A stretch of 64,000 nt of DNA from Bugula neritina. Lineage: Eukaryota > Animalia > Bryozoa. The stretch spans positions 22,973,319 to 23,037,318 of the forward strand of contig OZ037768.1 of NCBI GenBank assembly GCA_964035545.1, given 5' to 3'. Each line of letters begins with the position of its first letter. Within the stretch, counting starts at the first letter, position 1. The notes beneath the pieces were generated by a model. That model did not search any database and was not told the DNA's origin. It saw nothing but the letters and a program-made list of their open reading frames with translations. This document shows, one piece after another, positions 36,601 to 52,220 of this stretch. The position numbers were made by a program, and so were the translations under genes.

Positions 36601-39600
36601 CTTTTTTGACACATTAAATTTGAAAAAGTACCAATTACAATTTCACAAAATATTTGACTTTTAAACCATCTATATACTCTATAGCAGAGAATTGGCTATA
36701 GGTACATAGACTAGAAAAGTAGACAAAAGGATTGAAAATCTGTAACTCCGTCATGTACCACATGCACTAGTTGTTGATTCGTCATACATCACACATTCCC
36801 TGCGTTTACTTGACTTCTATTTTCAAATACTCAATAATTTGTTAATTATACATTATATAGCAGACGATTAAATATTTAAAAGTGAAGATATTTTTCTGTG
36901 CTTCGTTATTTTAAATAATAAACTATATTTTAATTATTTGATGATTACAAATAATATATTACATTACATTGTATAATTATTATATTTAAAGAGAATTGCC
37001 ATACAAAATAATTACGATTGATCATTATAATTGTTGAAATCGATGTTGGTAACGAAACCACACACATAACTAATCTTCAAACAAAGAAAAAAAATTATTA
37101 ATAGATAGCTAATAAAAATAAGTATAAATTGGAAGTTCAACAACTAACACCATTCAGTAATAGAAGGATATAAGTGCCATGCCCTTTCACTTAACCGATG
37201 GTCGAGTTTTTGTATAACGATCTTTAAATAATATGTTATGTCACGATTATGAATTATGAGTAGATTACAACTTTTTGTTCAACAGTTTTTTTAGAGGAAG
37301 TGCTTGTAGAGCATGGCACTTTTACAACCATTTAGAATATTTCATCGATGAATAAAGATTGTGCTTTTCAATTTTAAGCTATTGACAATTTGTTTAAAAA
37401 TACACCATGATAGTGATAAAACGAATGTCTGCAAGTGTTATTGGTGGGAAAGGGCATGGCTTTATTTTCTCCTTCCATTAACTGTTTGTGGTTTGACGTT
37501 GCCTTTCCAACTCTTTTGTTTCTTGTTTTTGGTAATAGACAAATGGTCCCACGACTGAAAGACACATGCGGTGAAAGAAAGTTAGATACTGTGAGATAAA
37601 TGAGGAATTATACTACATTCACTTATACTAAGCGTTAACATGTACGACTTTCATAGACTGTATAAGTTGCCTTCTCTTTTTGTCAAATTGTGTTGTGTTT
37701 CTAGGTAAACTCGAAAATGTCTTAGATGAGAACAATATTACTAGAAATTAATAGCTATATTAGAGAGAAGACAACCACTAAAACATTAAAATATATTGTT
37801 ATAATCATGAACACCTGTGTTAGTGTACAGGATTAGTACAGAATTAGTAGAATAACTACTCTATCAAACAATTACTGGATTTTTCTATATAAAAATTGTT
37901 GCTAACAATAGTATTACATATGCTCACGAAACACACAGAGACAGTGTTGTATAGTAACAATAACATATTTAGAGTCTGAGTTCTTTAACCAGCACAAGTG
38001 ACGATGGCTACATTATATATCCTTCAAGTTCACTTAAAACTATTATAATTCCTTTGGGAAATCATATACTAGAATTTCAAATTTGGTTCTAAAGACAGCC
38101 TTTTTGACTTTGAGATTATATTTGACTTGTGGGATTTCATCATTGAAAGTTAAAGTTCATCGTAACCATAAGAGAAAAAAATGCGTTCCCACCTGATACT
38201 AATATAGTTAATTGTGTAGATATAGACTGCCAACTGCAGTTAATTCGAGTTTGGGTCTGTTGACTACACAAACACATGCTCACTGTGTTGGTAAAGAACT
38301 CAGACTAGAAAAAGTGAAGAGAAAACTCAAGTGACTCACCAAATAAGTTATTAATCAGCAGAACTGCATACGTATGCACATTAGGTACGTATGTTGGCCA
38401 GAGCATGCAACGTACGTATGTATGCACAGCAAGCAGATTGAGAGAAAGAATTGGTTAGTAGAATAAGTGGTGAAAGGTGTAAGAAGCTAGGCCAAGGACA
38501 CGCAGACAGCAGCAAATCTGTGAATTTCAGCAGCAGAAAGCCTTGTCTAATATAAATTTGTATTTCAATAAATGTACATTAATATATAACACATTAAGTT
38601 ATTGTTGTCACACATTGCGGTACACTCTGTATTACATTCCAATATAAATTGAAATGTAGAAATAATAACTAATATATATTAGGAGTTGTCCAACCCTGAT
38701 TAGTTAGAAATAGTTACTAAATTTGCCTCTCAAACAAAAAATAAATATCTGAGAGACAAATTAAGAGAACCAAAACATCACACTGCTTTCTCTCTTATTT
38801 ACCATGTGATAATTTAGAACGCAGTTCATTTAATTTTGTCTAATTTCATTCAGATATGATTTTATTAGATAAACTAACTAAAACGTTTTCAATATACAAC
38901 TGAAAAATACAAAAAGTGATTTCAAATTTTGAACTATTAAATTATCCGAATAAAGTAAATGCACCGTCTGCAAACTGCTTAAACTAGGTAAGATATTAAA
39001 TACCTGTCGCACAATGAGCTCTGCGAACTTTGCACTTTTAGTTTTTAATAGTTCCACCAGATTAGAATTGACCTCTCCAGCTGGTTCATAATCAAGGTCA
39101 CTCTTTTCTTTCACCCAGCCCTACATTTAGCCAATTACAAAAGGTTGTTTAAATTTGCTATTTGATGGAAATCAACACAGAGTATATGATTTGTCCTCGA
39201 ATGTATTTCAGAGTTTATGCTGCTAAATAATATACTGATGTATACACAACATGCTATGATATTCAATTATAGTTTTGACAAACAAAAAATTATTTGAATT
39301 AAATTTAAAGATGGTTAATATAAAAATGAGAAATAACATAATGAAATAATGTTTATTTGAAAAAATTGAATTAGATAAGTAGTGTGATAGATTAGTATTA
39401 TATTGTATGTAAATTCACCACCAGAACTGTAGTATAATCAGACAATGCTATGCAAGTTTTCAAGGTAAAACTATCAACAGCTTTCAGCTAAATAGCTAAT
39501 GTTTCATAAATATACTGATTATACTCTCTGTATTATTCATGTATTGTAACATGTTCTGTGCCCAATAAAGCATTATTGGCATGATTCTACAAACACTATG

Positions 39601-42323
39601 TGTATTATAATTTATATCTTGTTATGACTTATAGAACCAAACTAGTTGTAGTATACTACTAGCACTATGATAATTAAATTCGATTTTCGATTTTCAGTTC
39701 TATTGGATAATTATTTTTTCTATATGCTTAACATTTATTTAATGCCCTTTACGTAAATAATTGAAGGGTTTAATCTAAATACTTTAAAATTTAATCTATA
39801 TGACGCAAAACTAGAATTCCTATACATTTGAGAAATATCACATATTGGGTCACCTTGTTAACGAAATATCCAGTAGTGCTGGCAGTAATGAAAAAGGGGT
39901 CCTCGTCATGCGGCTTCACTTCAATGTAGGCGATGTCGCCCAGAACCTGTCTCCACGGAGGGGATCTGCAGTGGTTCTGGAACTTGTGGTCGGTTGTGAA
40001 AGAGATCTCTTCCAACACATGGACGTCTTCATCTTCCCCACAAAACTCTTTGATCAGATCCACGTCTTCTTCAACAAGAGACGGAGTCAGTCTGATTGTT
40101 CTGAAACAATAAAAAAATAATTAGTAATCAAATTAAATACAAAACTAAAAAGTACATCTAAATTACTGGTCTGCAAGGCTCATTAGTCCAAATTAAAGTA
40201 TAATCCAGGTGTATGTTGCTACAGCAGCTGTTTGAAATCTGAATCTGGCTACAGTACTTTAATGAATTTTCAATAAAAAATTAATTACTATAGTGTCTTC
40301 AGTAATTATAAATCAAAGAGTGTAATTACTTTAAATAAATAATTTAATTATTCAAAAAACTTGATAATATAAACTCTGTTTTAAAATATGCATCATTTTT
40401 AGAATTTAACCAAAAAAATGTTTGAAAAAACCTAACCTATTTTCAGTTTATCTTTTCAAGTTGACAAAATGTCTGCAAGTACTTTTTACAGCATTAAAAA
40501 GATTTAATATTTTTCATATTGAGAACACAATTACTATTTATATCTATTAGACGGTGTGCATACGTTGACATGGCTTCAGCGTAGGACTGAAGTAAATCTG
40601 CATCTTGTTTTTGAATATGCATCACTAATTTAAGAGTTAGCCTCTTTTGCTCTGCTTCTTCCTCAGAGTCGCCCTCCTTCATAATTTCTTGCATATATCT
40701 ATACGTTGACAAATCTTCTCCCTTCACAGAGGAGAACCGATCTCCAGCTATCACGGCAGTTGGGTCAGGATTGGCTGTAAATATGAAATGTGATTGCAAA
40801 TGACGCCTGCTGTACTAAACTCAAACTGATACACTCTAGCTTAAACTGATACACTCTAACTCAATATCTTACAGTTAGTAATTTTATCAAATTTAACAAA
40901 TTTCAGTGAGTTAACAATTTGGCATAAAAAAAGAAAATGTATTTTTTCTATATGCATGGCAACATAAGAAAGTATTGAAATGCAGTTTTTTGTTCAAGTT
41001 ATTATCAAAGACAAATTATGATGCTTCACTTAGTTTACCAAATACAGAAAAATGTTGCAATCATATTTAAGTAAACTATGCTTATAGTTGGTAGTTATGC
41101 TTGGTTCATAATTCATATAGCTGTAAAACATTTCTAAAGGCAACAATTGCACTATTTGACGTCTGCAAATTTAACTCTCTGACAACGAGTGATATGCATC
41201 GAAACGGAACCTTAATTTGTAACTTTTTAAAACTTTTTTACAACAATTTCAAACCATTGATTTAGCAGATGATCAGTTTTTAAAACTGTTTATAATCGCG
41301 TGTCATCAGGTGCCATTTGCGTCAAGTATTATACGTATATAAAAGTCGCTTTTATTAACCATTATATGGTAAGTGTACGTTGCTATATATATATTACTAA
41401 GTGTTTGGTAAGTGTAGTTCTGCGTATTTATTTATAAAATTGCCAACCTTCTAAACAAGCTCGCGTCTCATCAAGTCTTCTGTCTTTAGCAATGTTAAGA
41501 ACTTGGACAATGGCTGCCACTGTCTGTACGCTCATCTTATACAGACCATCAGAGTCCTTATGGAGACGAATACATGGTGTGTTTTCCTTGCCAATAGTTT
41601 CTGTTGAAACCATGTCATCACCTCTACAAATGACATGCTTTGTGATATAAGGCTATGCTCAGCAAATGAGTGCAACACTTTCGATTCTAAAATTTCTCAC
41701 CCATTTAGTCTGGGACTTTTTAGCATAAAATTCTAAAGAACTTTAAGCTGTTAAAAACTTATTATAAAAAACTTGAAGCAAAAAAATTACTCAGGTTATA
41801 GAGTTTTATTATTGATATATATGTTAGAAAAAATTAGCAGATAAAGTGAAATAATTGTCATTATATATAAAAAATTTGATAAAAAATAAATTGCTATTAG
41901 CATAGTTGATAGTTGAAATGGTTTATAAAGTATAGACTAAATAATAATATAAAATGAATCTCTATAAATTTAATACTAACAAAATACTTTATACAGCTAT
42001 TAATTTATTACTAATTAAACCTAATAACTAATAAACTGTGTATCACTAATAATTTAATACTAATTACTAATGACTATTAACCAATAAACTATGTACCTCT
42101 GTTCAAAAGCTCCTCCACTAAAGTCTTCAATTTTCAATGATGTAGACCAAGTCATTGTGCTTTTAAATTTGAGCTTTGATTCTTCAGGATGTGCCCCGGC
42201 ATAGCTAGTTACCCAATCTATAACTTTGTTGAGTAAATTTTCATTTATCGCATTGAATGGGATTCTAGAAGCACCATCTGCTGCTGATGTGCCTTTCCTG
42301 GCTCTACTTATTGTTAACCCCAT
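27687..42323 (-). CDS. ARMC4: Armadillo repeat-containing protein 4 / outer dynein arm docking complex subunit 2
   Basis: Core exons (-): 42323-42097, 41623-41448, 40774-40564, 40100-39854, 39120-39004, 35099-34921, 34392-34312, 33410-33254, 32946-32800, 32586-32377, 32213-32088, 31294-31076, 30828-30613, 28922-28741, 28579-28465, 28356-28168 and 28022-27687. Diagnostic peptides: [90 protein letters not shown] and C-terminal [19 protein letters not shown]. Confidence 0.96.
33055..33230. repeat. About 30-bp degenerate minisatellite (TTACTAGTTACTGTTTCATCTCTGACT-like) x about 6, in an ARMC4 intron
   Basis: Periodic gttactgtttca units. It produces the repetitive ORFs 32935-33267 and 32961-33236. 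Confidence 0.85.
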
Positions 42324-42869
42324 TATCAACTCTTATAACTTCTACAAAGTAAAATGGTTAAATATAAAACTTAGTCATTCACAAACTAAAATATTATGCA
42401 ATCGTGTTTGAGTAACATGAAGCATGTTAAAGTTTACAGAGTAATAAAGTTGTTACTTTTACTACTGTCAAAAAACATTAGCCTATTTTACTTTTATAAA
42501 TTATTGCACTTGTATTTTGACTTCTCTTTAGATTTTTACACGGTCGCAAACTAATGTGTGCAGTGACACATTTATTAAATCATCTTTAACAATCATTATG
42601 ACTATGATTTAAATTTAGTTTAGTCTAACGTTTTTCACAATACATTCTCATTCTGATTCTTACTTTGAACCAATATGAGTTTAAATGCTCTATGCTAAAA
42701 ACAACTCAAACTTAAAAAATATGTAAAAAAAACACCATTTACCAAATAAAAATAAAGCATAATTGTAACCTACCTTTGTACAAATGCGAAATTCCTAATA
42801 AGTTGTGTAGGTTTGTAAGTAAAACTCTTGCTCCCAATCATCAAGCACCTGCGTACTCGATGTGCCTAT

Positions 42870-43050
42870 GAGCAGTTGCTACGAAACAAGGTCACGTGGT
42901 ATACCAACTAGAGGCCGCGATTATTTACATATTTTATTGGGAGGACTTCACTCGCAGCAAAAGGGTTTCTTATTGGATAAACCTACTGAAAAGCGATACT
43001 TCAGTGGTTGAAACTGCAAGTTGTTGATTGGCTGTTGCTATGAAGCCAAG
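42870..43050. promoter_or_regulatory. Probable bidirectional ARMC4/FADS2 promoter: X-box-like sites, E-box and three inverted CCAAT boxes
   Basis: GTTGCTACGAAAC at 42875-42887, GTCACGTG at 42891-42898, ATTGG at 42936, 42972 and 43027, and GTTGCTATGAAGC at about 43034. An ARMC4 5'UTR exon donor lies at about 42773. Confidence 0.6.
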
Positions 43051-43522
43051 GAATCTAAATGAGTTTTATTACTTCCAACGCACGAGAACGATAAAAAATT
43101 CTTTTAAAACCGAATGAAAACTGGTATCTAGTTTTAGAAGCATTAAACTTTGTGTTAATAGTGTTATTTATAAGCGAAACATCAAATTATCTATATGTCA
43201 AACAAAAAGTTGATCGAGCACGGCACAATAATTATTCTCCCAATAATGAAAATGCCTCTGCGTCGTCAACTTGAAATGATTATCATTATGACAGATTATG
43301 ATTAACTTCCAGTTTCTTCTACTTCTAGTTTTATAACGTTAACTATTACTATTGGTTAGTTAATAATTTACACACTATATCAGTTATATTAGTTTAAAGT
43401 TGCTGTACTTGTTAAACCAGCGTGCAAACAAATCAATATCACGATAAATATAGAGTCGATTATAACTAATATCACAATCTGAAAGTCAAGTAGAGCGTAA
43501 TTCTTATTCTTATGCTAGTGAC

Positions 43523-46500
43523 ATGAAGCCTAAATTTACAAGAAAAGAAGTTGAGTGCCATGCAGACAAAGACAGTAAATGGCTTATAGTACATAACAAA
43601 GTGTATGATATTACAAACTTTAGCAAAAAACATCCAGGCGGAGCTAAAGTCATTTCTCATGCAGCTGGAGAAGATGCTACTGTAAGTTGCTTCTAATTTT
43701 TAAGTCGCTTTAATTAAAATGTACTAGTAGTGTCTGTATGTGAAGATTTTTTGTGATTGATATATTTTATTGTTCATTTTAAAATGTCAACTTGGTGTAT
43801 TAAATTAAATTAAGTTTATTGAACAATCTGTTGAAATAAACCTCTAACTTGTTGTAGGATGCATGGGCGGCATTCCATGACCGAAAAGATTTGGTTACTA
43901 AGTACATGAATGCATTGTACATTGGCGATGTTGAGCCTGATACGGTAAGACACCTGTTTTTGTTGTCATACTAACAGTATCTATATGAAGAATTGAGTGA
44001 GATTTTTAGTGATTTTGTGAATAGCATGTTTTGACTTCTTCCACTGTTTTGGTGTTGCAGAATAAAGTGAATGAGGACTTTCGCCAGTTGCGGACATCTG
44101 TGGAAGCCATGGGATTGTTTAAAGCGAATCCATTTTTCTATATTGCCCACATTGCTCATATTGTTCTAATGTATTTCATTGGTTGTTGGATTCTCTACAG
44201 CTATGGCATTGGTTGGACTCCATATCTGGTGTCCACATGCTTGTTCGTCACAGCTCAGGTTAGTGGTGCGGAATTCTTAAAAAATATTGCTGCAGGTTTT
44301 GAATTTATCTTGAGAATTTTAAAGGGATTTTTGTAATTTCATATTAGGAATTCTCTCTTCTTGGACCACTAAAGAACTCGTAGTGTGGTTAATTCATCGG
44401 CTGCTTGTTGACTAGCAGACGATTAAACAACCAGCAAACGTCTGCTTGTTGACTTCACGTCTGCTTATTCTGTTTGCATTCTCACTTCCTGTAGATTCAA
44501 GCTGGTTGGACTCAACATGACTACGGACACTTGTCGGTATTTAAAAGTAACTATGCCAACCACCTGGCTCATAAATTTACCATTGGCACTCTAAAGGTAA
44601 GTATTCTCAAAGTGTGTTATCACTGTGTTGATGTACCTCATTTGTGGGTTGAAGAAAACTTAGCTCAAAGTGCTGTTTTAGTTCACATAACAAATGATTA
44701 TGATTGGAGTAATCTGCTCAATGTTGACCAAAGTATAGTCAGTTGTTGGTTTGGCCCTAATTCACTCACTAACATTTATCTGTATTGTGGCATTTGCTAA
44801 ATTCACTTTTAACTGGTTTCGCTTAGCTTATGTTAACCTGGATTTAAGGTTTGTGAGTAGACAAGTTTTTGAATTGAAACTTTTTAAGCTGTCTAGTGTT
44901 TCAAATATTATTTGAAACACATTTCAGGGAGCAGCCTCTCATTGGTGGAATTTCAGACATTTTCAACACCATGCTAAACCTAATGTTATCAAGAAGGACC
45001 CCGATGTAAGCATCCCGTATGTTTTCCTGATTGGAGAAACCATGGCTAAGCGTTGGGGTCAATTGAAAAAAGGATTCATGCCCTACAAATGGCAGACATA
45101 CTATTTCCACCTCTGTATGTATTACATCCATTTTCTATGTTCTATATTCTCTACTCGTATCATATATTCTATACTCTGTATCATATATTCTATATTCTGT
45201 ATCATATATTCTATATTCTGTATCATATATTCTATACTCTGTATCATATATTCTATATTCTGTATCATATATTCTATATTCTGTATCATATATTCTATAT
45301 TCTGTATCATATATTCTATACTCTGTATCATATATTCTATACTCTGTATCATATATTCTATACTCTGTATCATATATTCTATACTCTGTATCATATATTC
45401 TATACTCTGTATCATATATTCTATACTCTGTATCATATATTCTATACTCTGTATCATATATTCTATACTCTGTATCATATATTCTATACTCTGTATTATA
45501 TATTCTCTACTCTGTATCATATATTCTATACTCTGTATCATATATTCTATACTCTGTAACATATATCAAATATCCTACATTATATGTAATAATTTAAATC
45601 AAGAGAAAAGATAGTGGAGTGAGCTATAGTAAAAGAACCTAATGAATCTATTTTGATAGTCTTTAGCTCTGATTTGACCTCTAGAATTATCTTAATATTC
45701 AATGAACTAAATTTAAGGTACTGCTGGGAATGATGTGGTGTTTGTTACACATTTTAGCAGACTTATTGGTAAATTTTTGTTGTAGCTTTGAGTTATTGTA
45801 AAAATCAAATTTCAAAATGCTTTAATCTTTGCTAACTGCAGAATTTCTACTTCTTTCTGAATTTAACTATAGAATGTATTTGATATGTGTCCTTAGCTCT
45901 ACTGCAAGCTTCTTGACCAATAAGTGCTTCGTTTCTGGTTGTTGTGAAAATCAGATGATCAAAGCGATTTGGCCATTTCAGAAGGATAAAAATTATTTTA
46001 TTTTATTTATTATGGAGCATATTTTTGCTGGTCTCTAGCATAGCTAGTGGCACTTGCAGATTTATATTATTTGGTCAAAATTCCAAAGAGAATGCTAATG
46101 ATTAGCATTTGTGTAAATTGCAATTTGATTTTGCCTTGTTTTGCTTATAAAATAATAAAAAGTATAAATTGTGTATAATTTGCGCAAACGTAAAAACTGC
46201 ATTATTTATTTGTTTTGACATATAAATGATTCAGCCATATATTTATTTATCTATTTTTATTAATTGCAAATTTACCATTATTATTTTCAATGTTGTACTT
46301 CAAGCAATTTACAGTTCCATGTGCTCTGGAGTTATCGTCTCTATGTTACAGTGGGACCACCTCTACTCTTACCGGTTTACTTTCATATCGAGGTTCTTTA
46401 CTTCATCTTTAAGCGTAGAGACTGGATGGATCTACTCTTCACTCTCTCATTCTTCACGTGGTGGTTCACGGCCTTGACCCCTGCTATGGGTGCCTGGGGC

Positions 46501-48316
46501 TCATTCAAGTTATACATGCTAGTGAGGTTAGCTTGTGGTATTCAGATTTTTAAATATAATTCATAATTTAAAAGAGATTTTGTTTGTTGTCTTTGAAGAA
46601 GTTTGGTAAAATAAGGCTTTTTTAGCGAGTAGGCTTTACCATTTTTCAACAAGAATTGGATGGAAATTTTATTCTGCAAAACCAGAAAAAGGGCATAGCT
46701 GTAATTGGTTTCAGATGAACGGAAGTAAATAAGAGTTTCAGTAATAATTACTGAGTAACAGTGATAAGTACTGATTACTAGTGATCAGTATTAGTGATGT
46801 GTGCTAAGTACTGTAATTTGTATTGTACTACATTCCCTATTTTACTTAATGATTTTATTACAAACAATAGGAGTTGTTTTAACTTTTATGTCAAAAGTTT
46901 ATTCAGTTGGAAAAATTTTATCAGCAAAGATGCGATTGTTGCAGGTTTATGGAAAGCCACTGGTTCACATACGTCACTCAAATGAGTCATATCCCAATGG
47001 CTGTTGATAACGAGCAACATAGAGGGTGGTTCCAACAGCAGCTCGCAACATCAGCTAATGTAGAACCTGGACTATTCAATGACTGGTTCACAGGACACCT
47101 CAACTTTCAGATTGAACACCAGTGAGTGACAGTTGAGAATTTTAGTTAATATGATTGTGGGTACATCATGCTATTCATACAGGAAATATATTTCCTGTAT
47201 GAAATCATATATCATTTAATAGTTCACTTATGATAGTGTTTTTTACATGAAGTAGGAGTTTTCCTCTTTTTTTTAAAAATTGGTAGTTATTTACGTGTTT
47301 ATAATAAGGAGTTTGTGAGAAAAATAATTTTATGAAGCCTCTTAGAACATTCTCGAATATTTTTGTAATTTATAAGCAGTGCAGGTTGTTGTCTAAAAGT
47401 GAATTCAAGGTTTTAGTCATAGATGTGTTATGCAATGGAGTTGCTACAGTGAGAAATATTTTAGGTTTTTATATAATGCTTATATAAGAGTATCACTACA
47501 ATCCAGGGTGTCATGAGATTACAATTCCCAAAACACGTATTTATTCCGCCCAGATTCTGCAACCTTAGCAACCTTTATACTGTGTCTACTTTCAGCTTGT
47601 TTCCCACAATGCCTCGTCACAATCTGCACAAAGTAGCTCCTCTAGTCCAGTCGCTCTGTCGTAGACACAACATCGAGTACGTCTGCAACCCTCTTCTCAT
47701 ACAGTTTGCTAATATACTCAGGTTAGTATGATGGGCATTTCACAGGGTCAATGTAACATGTAACATTCTGGGTTTGAGAGCAAAACCGACCATATTGAAG
47801 CAAATCTACTGCTCAAAGAATAACCTTGGCATAGAAACAGTTGTGTCACTCGATGTTTAATCTCTCGTGAAGTGCTAGTAAAAAAGTTTTGTTAAACGGA
47901 AAGTTAAGTAAAGAGTCACTTACTTATTTAATCACGTTACAGCTCTGCAATTTTGTTCAAACATTACTTTGTATAGTGGAGCAGCTAAATATAACAGAGT
48001 TGCAGCGTTTATTAGCACTAGTTCTAACAAACATTTGTGACTATGAACTAAAGCAATCATGTTCTATATATCCAAACCAGAAGCCAAAAATTATGAATCC
48101 ATGCTAAGCGAAAATCTACACCTTACTTGGTTAATTTGTTTCATTTGATTTTACAAGCAATGTGTTTTTTAACAGAACATTATATATAGATATGTGCCTG
48201 TTCAAGTATTCAATATGGCAACTGACCCCAAGTATTCACATGACCTCTTCACTGGTTGTAGGCAACTAGAGAAGTCTGGAGATGTATATTATAATGCATA
48301 CTGGCAAACAGACTAA
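43523..48316 (+). CDS. FADS2: Front-end acyl-CoA desaturase with fused cytochrome b5 domain (FADS1/FADS2 family; delta-5 versus delta-6 undetermined)
   Basis: Exons 43523-43681, 43858-43944, 44061-44258, 44495-44596, 44928-45114, 46352-46526, 46945-47121, 47596-47721 and 48262-48316. Heme motif HPGG and His boxes HDYGH, HFQHH and [14 protein letters not shown] are present. The symbol denotes family membership, not proven orthology. Confidence 0.93.
45135..45560. repeat. 21-bp minisatellite (TCTGTATCATATATTCTATAC)n, about 20 copies, in a desaturase intron
   Basis: Tandem array starting about 20 bp after the donor at 45115. It explains three repetitive ORFs. Confidence 0.97.
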
Positions 48317-49175
48317 TGGAACTCAAGTTTACACAAATATTTCTTCAACAAATTTTATTCATTAGATTACTGTTTTGTGTTTATTATTTCTGTTTTATTT
48401 ATAAGTCTTATATTTTTTATTACTCTTTATCTTATTACAAAGTTGACATATTTCTTCTGCTGTGATACTTTTTTAGAACATCTTTTAAAGCTCGGATTCA
48501 ATTCCTATGCAATCATTATTTGCACTATTTTATAACTTCTAATATTTTCAAAATTTTATTAGATTGTTTTTAGAATCTCTTTAATGCAAGCCAAAACGTT
48601 ATTTCAAGTGTAATATTTTTATTCTGTTGTATAGTCATTTTTGGTAAAATATATGCTATGATCTCTGTAACTTCAAGTACATAGTGCAGTTTCAGAGCCT
48701 GGTTTTTTGAGCACATCTTTCTACCACATTCTTATCATATAGTTTAGAGATATCAAATACTTGCAGGATTTGTATTTACCAATTTTTAATAAATGAACTT
48801 TCAAAAGGTGTTGAGAGTTATGTTATCAAACCATGCATAAGTCTAACAAGTATAATAACTCTTTCTCTCATAATTTGGTTTTATAAAGTCTCTATAAACA
48901 TATGTTTTAGTAATACTATGCTATGGCTATAACCGGAGTATAATATAAATTTGCCAAATAATTTGCATGATTTCCAACCTATTATACCTCCATATTCGTA
49001 TTGAACAATAAAATAATATTTTTATTTACTACCAGCCTAAAATGTATAATAATTATACATTACATTGTTACATATCAAAATGATAAATACATAGCCAAAA
49101 TCTAAATAGCCTTAAAGAAATATATTACAATGATACACCAACACATGTACAGTAAGTGAGGCTGTTGAGTGTTGT

Positions 49176-50786
<1,611 letters not shown>

Positions 50787-52220
50787 TTTTTCGAAATACT
50801 AATACTAATAGTAATTGGAATATTAGGACAATCCCGACACTAGATAAAAGATCAATATGTTTTGCAAAATAATTGAACTGCTTTGCAAATTAAGTTCTAG
50901 CTAGTAGGGTTCTGTGTACGTAATGTTCTACAGACTACTGGGTTTCAGTTTGATATAGATTTCGAATATGAATGAGCTAGTTGACAAATCATCAGTACGT
51001 GTCAGGTTTGGTAAATATAACCATTTTTCCTTTAGGTAAGTCGGATAACGAGTACACCTCTTTTATTAGTTTGGTGTTGTTACAAAGAACTCAGCAAGGT
51101 CACGAAAAAATGTTACAACGATATCTCGATCTGTTTCATGGAAACGCACAATGTTACAATTAAACTCCCCTAATATTGTCATTGTGCAGTGTAATTTGGC
51201 TCAAACTCCTATTCAGTTTCACGGTCATCACCCTTTACTTTACACCTTTCAGTCCTGTCCATATTGGTAGCAACTACTTTTAACAATTATATTAATAGTA
51301 GTGTTATTCAAGTTTTTTTCCCAATTACACATCATTGTGATTATCTTAAGTGAAGTTTAAGTTTTTCAATAATAATATTATTTATTAATAATAATATGAA
51401 TATCACACATTATGATTATGATTAATATTATCAATAATTGAATAAATATAACTATAAGTGTTAAATGTGAAACTGAATTATAATATCATTAATCATTATC
51501 ATTGTGATTAGGTTTACTTTCAGTCATTACACTTTACAGTAGTTAATAATTAATATTCATATTGTTTTACTTTTGTTATTATCATTATTAATATTATTAT
51601 TAGTTTATTACAGGTAATACTATTAGTATTACTAATAGTAATACAATTTTAATTTACTAATTAGTAAGTTACAGTAACTACTAACTAGTAACTACAGTAA
51701 GTGTAACTGTAAAAGTTTATAACAGACGCAGTATCAGGATGGTTATGATGCTGAGTTTCCATAAAAGGTGTGGCTATGGGACTAACTCTAAGTGTAACTG
51801 TGTGAACGTGGACGTTGGTATCAGTGACTATTACTGTAAATATTATGGCATATGTGCACTAAAACTTAATACTAGATTCAGCTTCAGTTTGGTAGTACAA
51901 CTAAGTAATTTGTATATAAGTAGGAGTTTTAACTATACAATTAAGTAAGTCCAAGAGACACAGCACATTTTAGCTACAGAGCAAATTCTAAAATTGCGTA
52001 ACATAAACTAACAATATCAGCATGAATATTCTTTTGGCTTGCCTTTGAAATGTTGAACTTTTTTAATAATTAAAGTTTGATTTTGATGTTTATGCTTAAT
52101 TGGTAAAAATTAGCACATCAAATATTAATTATTTTTAATGTTAATTGACTCTACCACACTACTCACAGTGCCTTACATAGGTCATTAAGAATCAGTTACT
52201 GAGAATTCAGTTAGTTTGTG

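Noticed and set aside
45042-45614. Three repetitive ORFs of 146-190 aa
   Set aside because: Products of the 21-bp intronic minisatellite.
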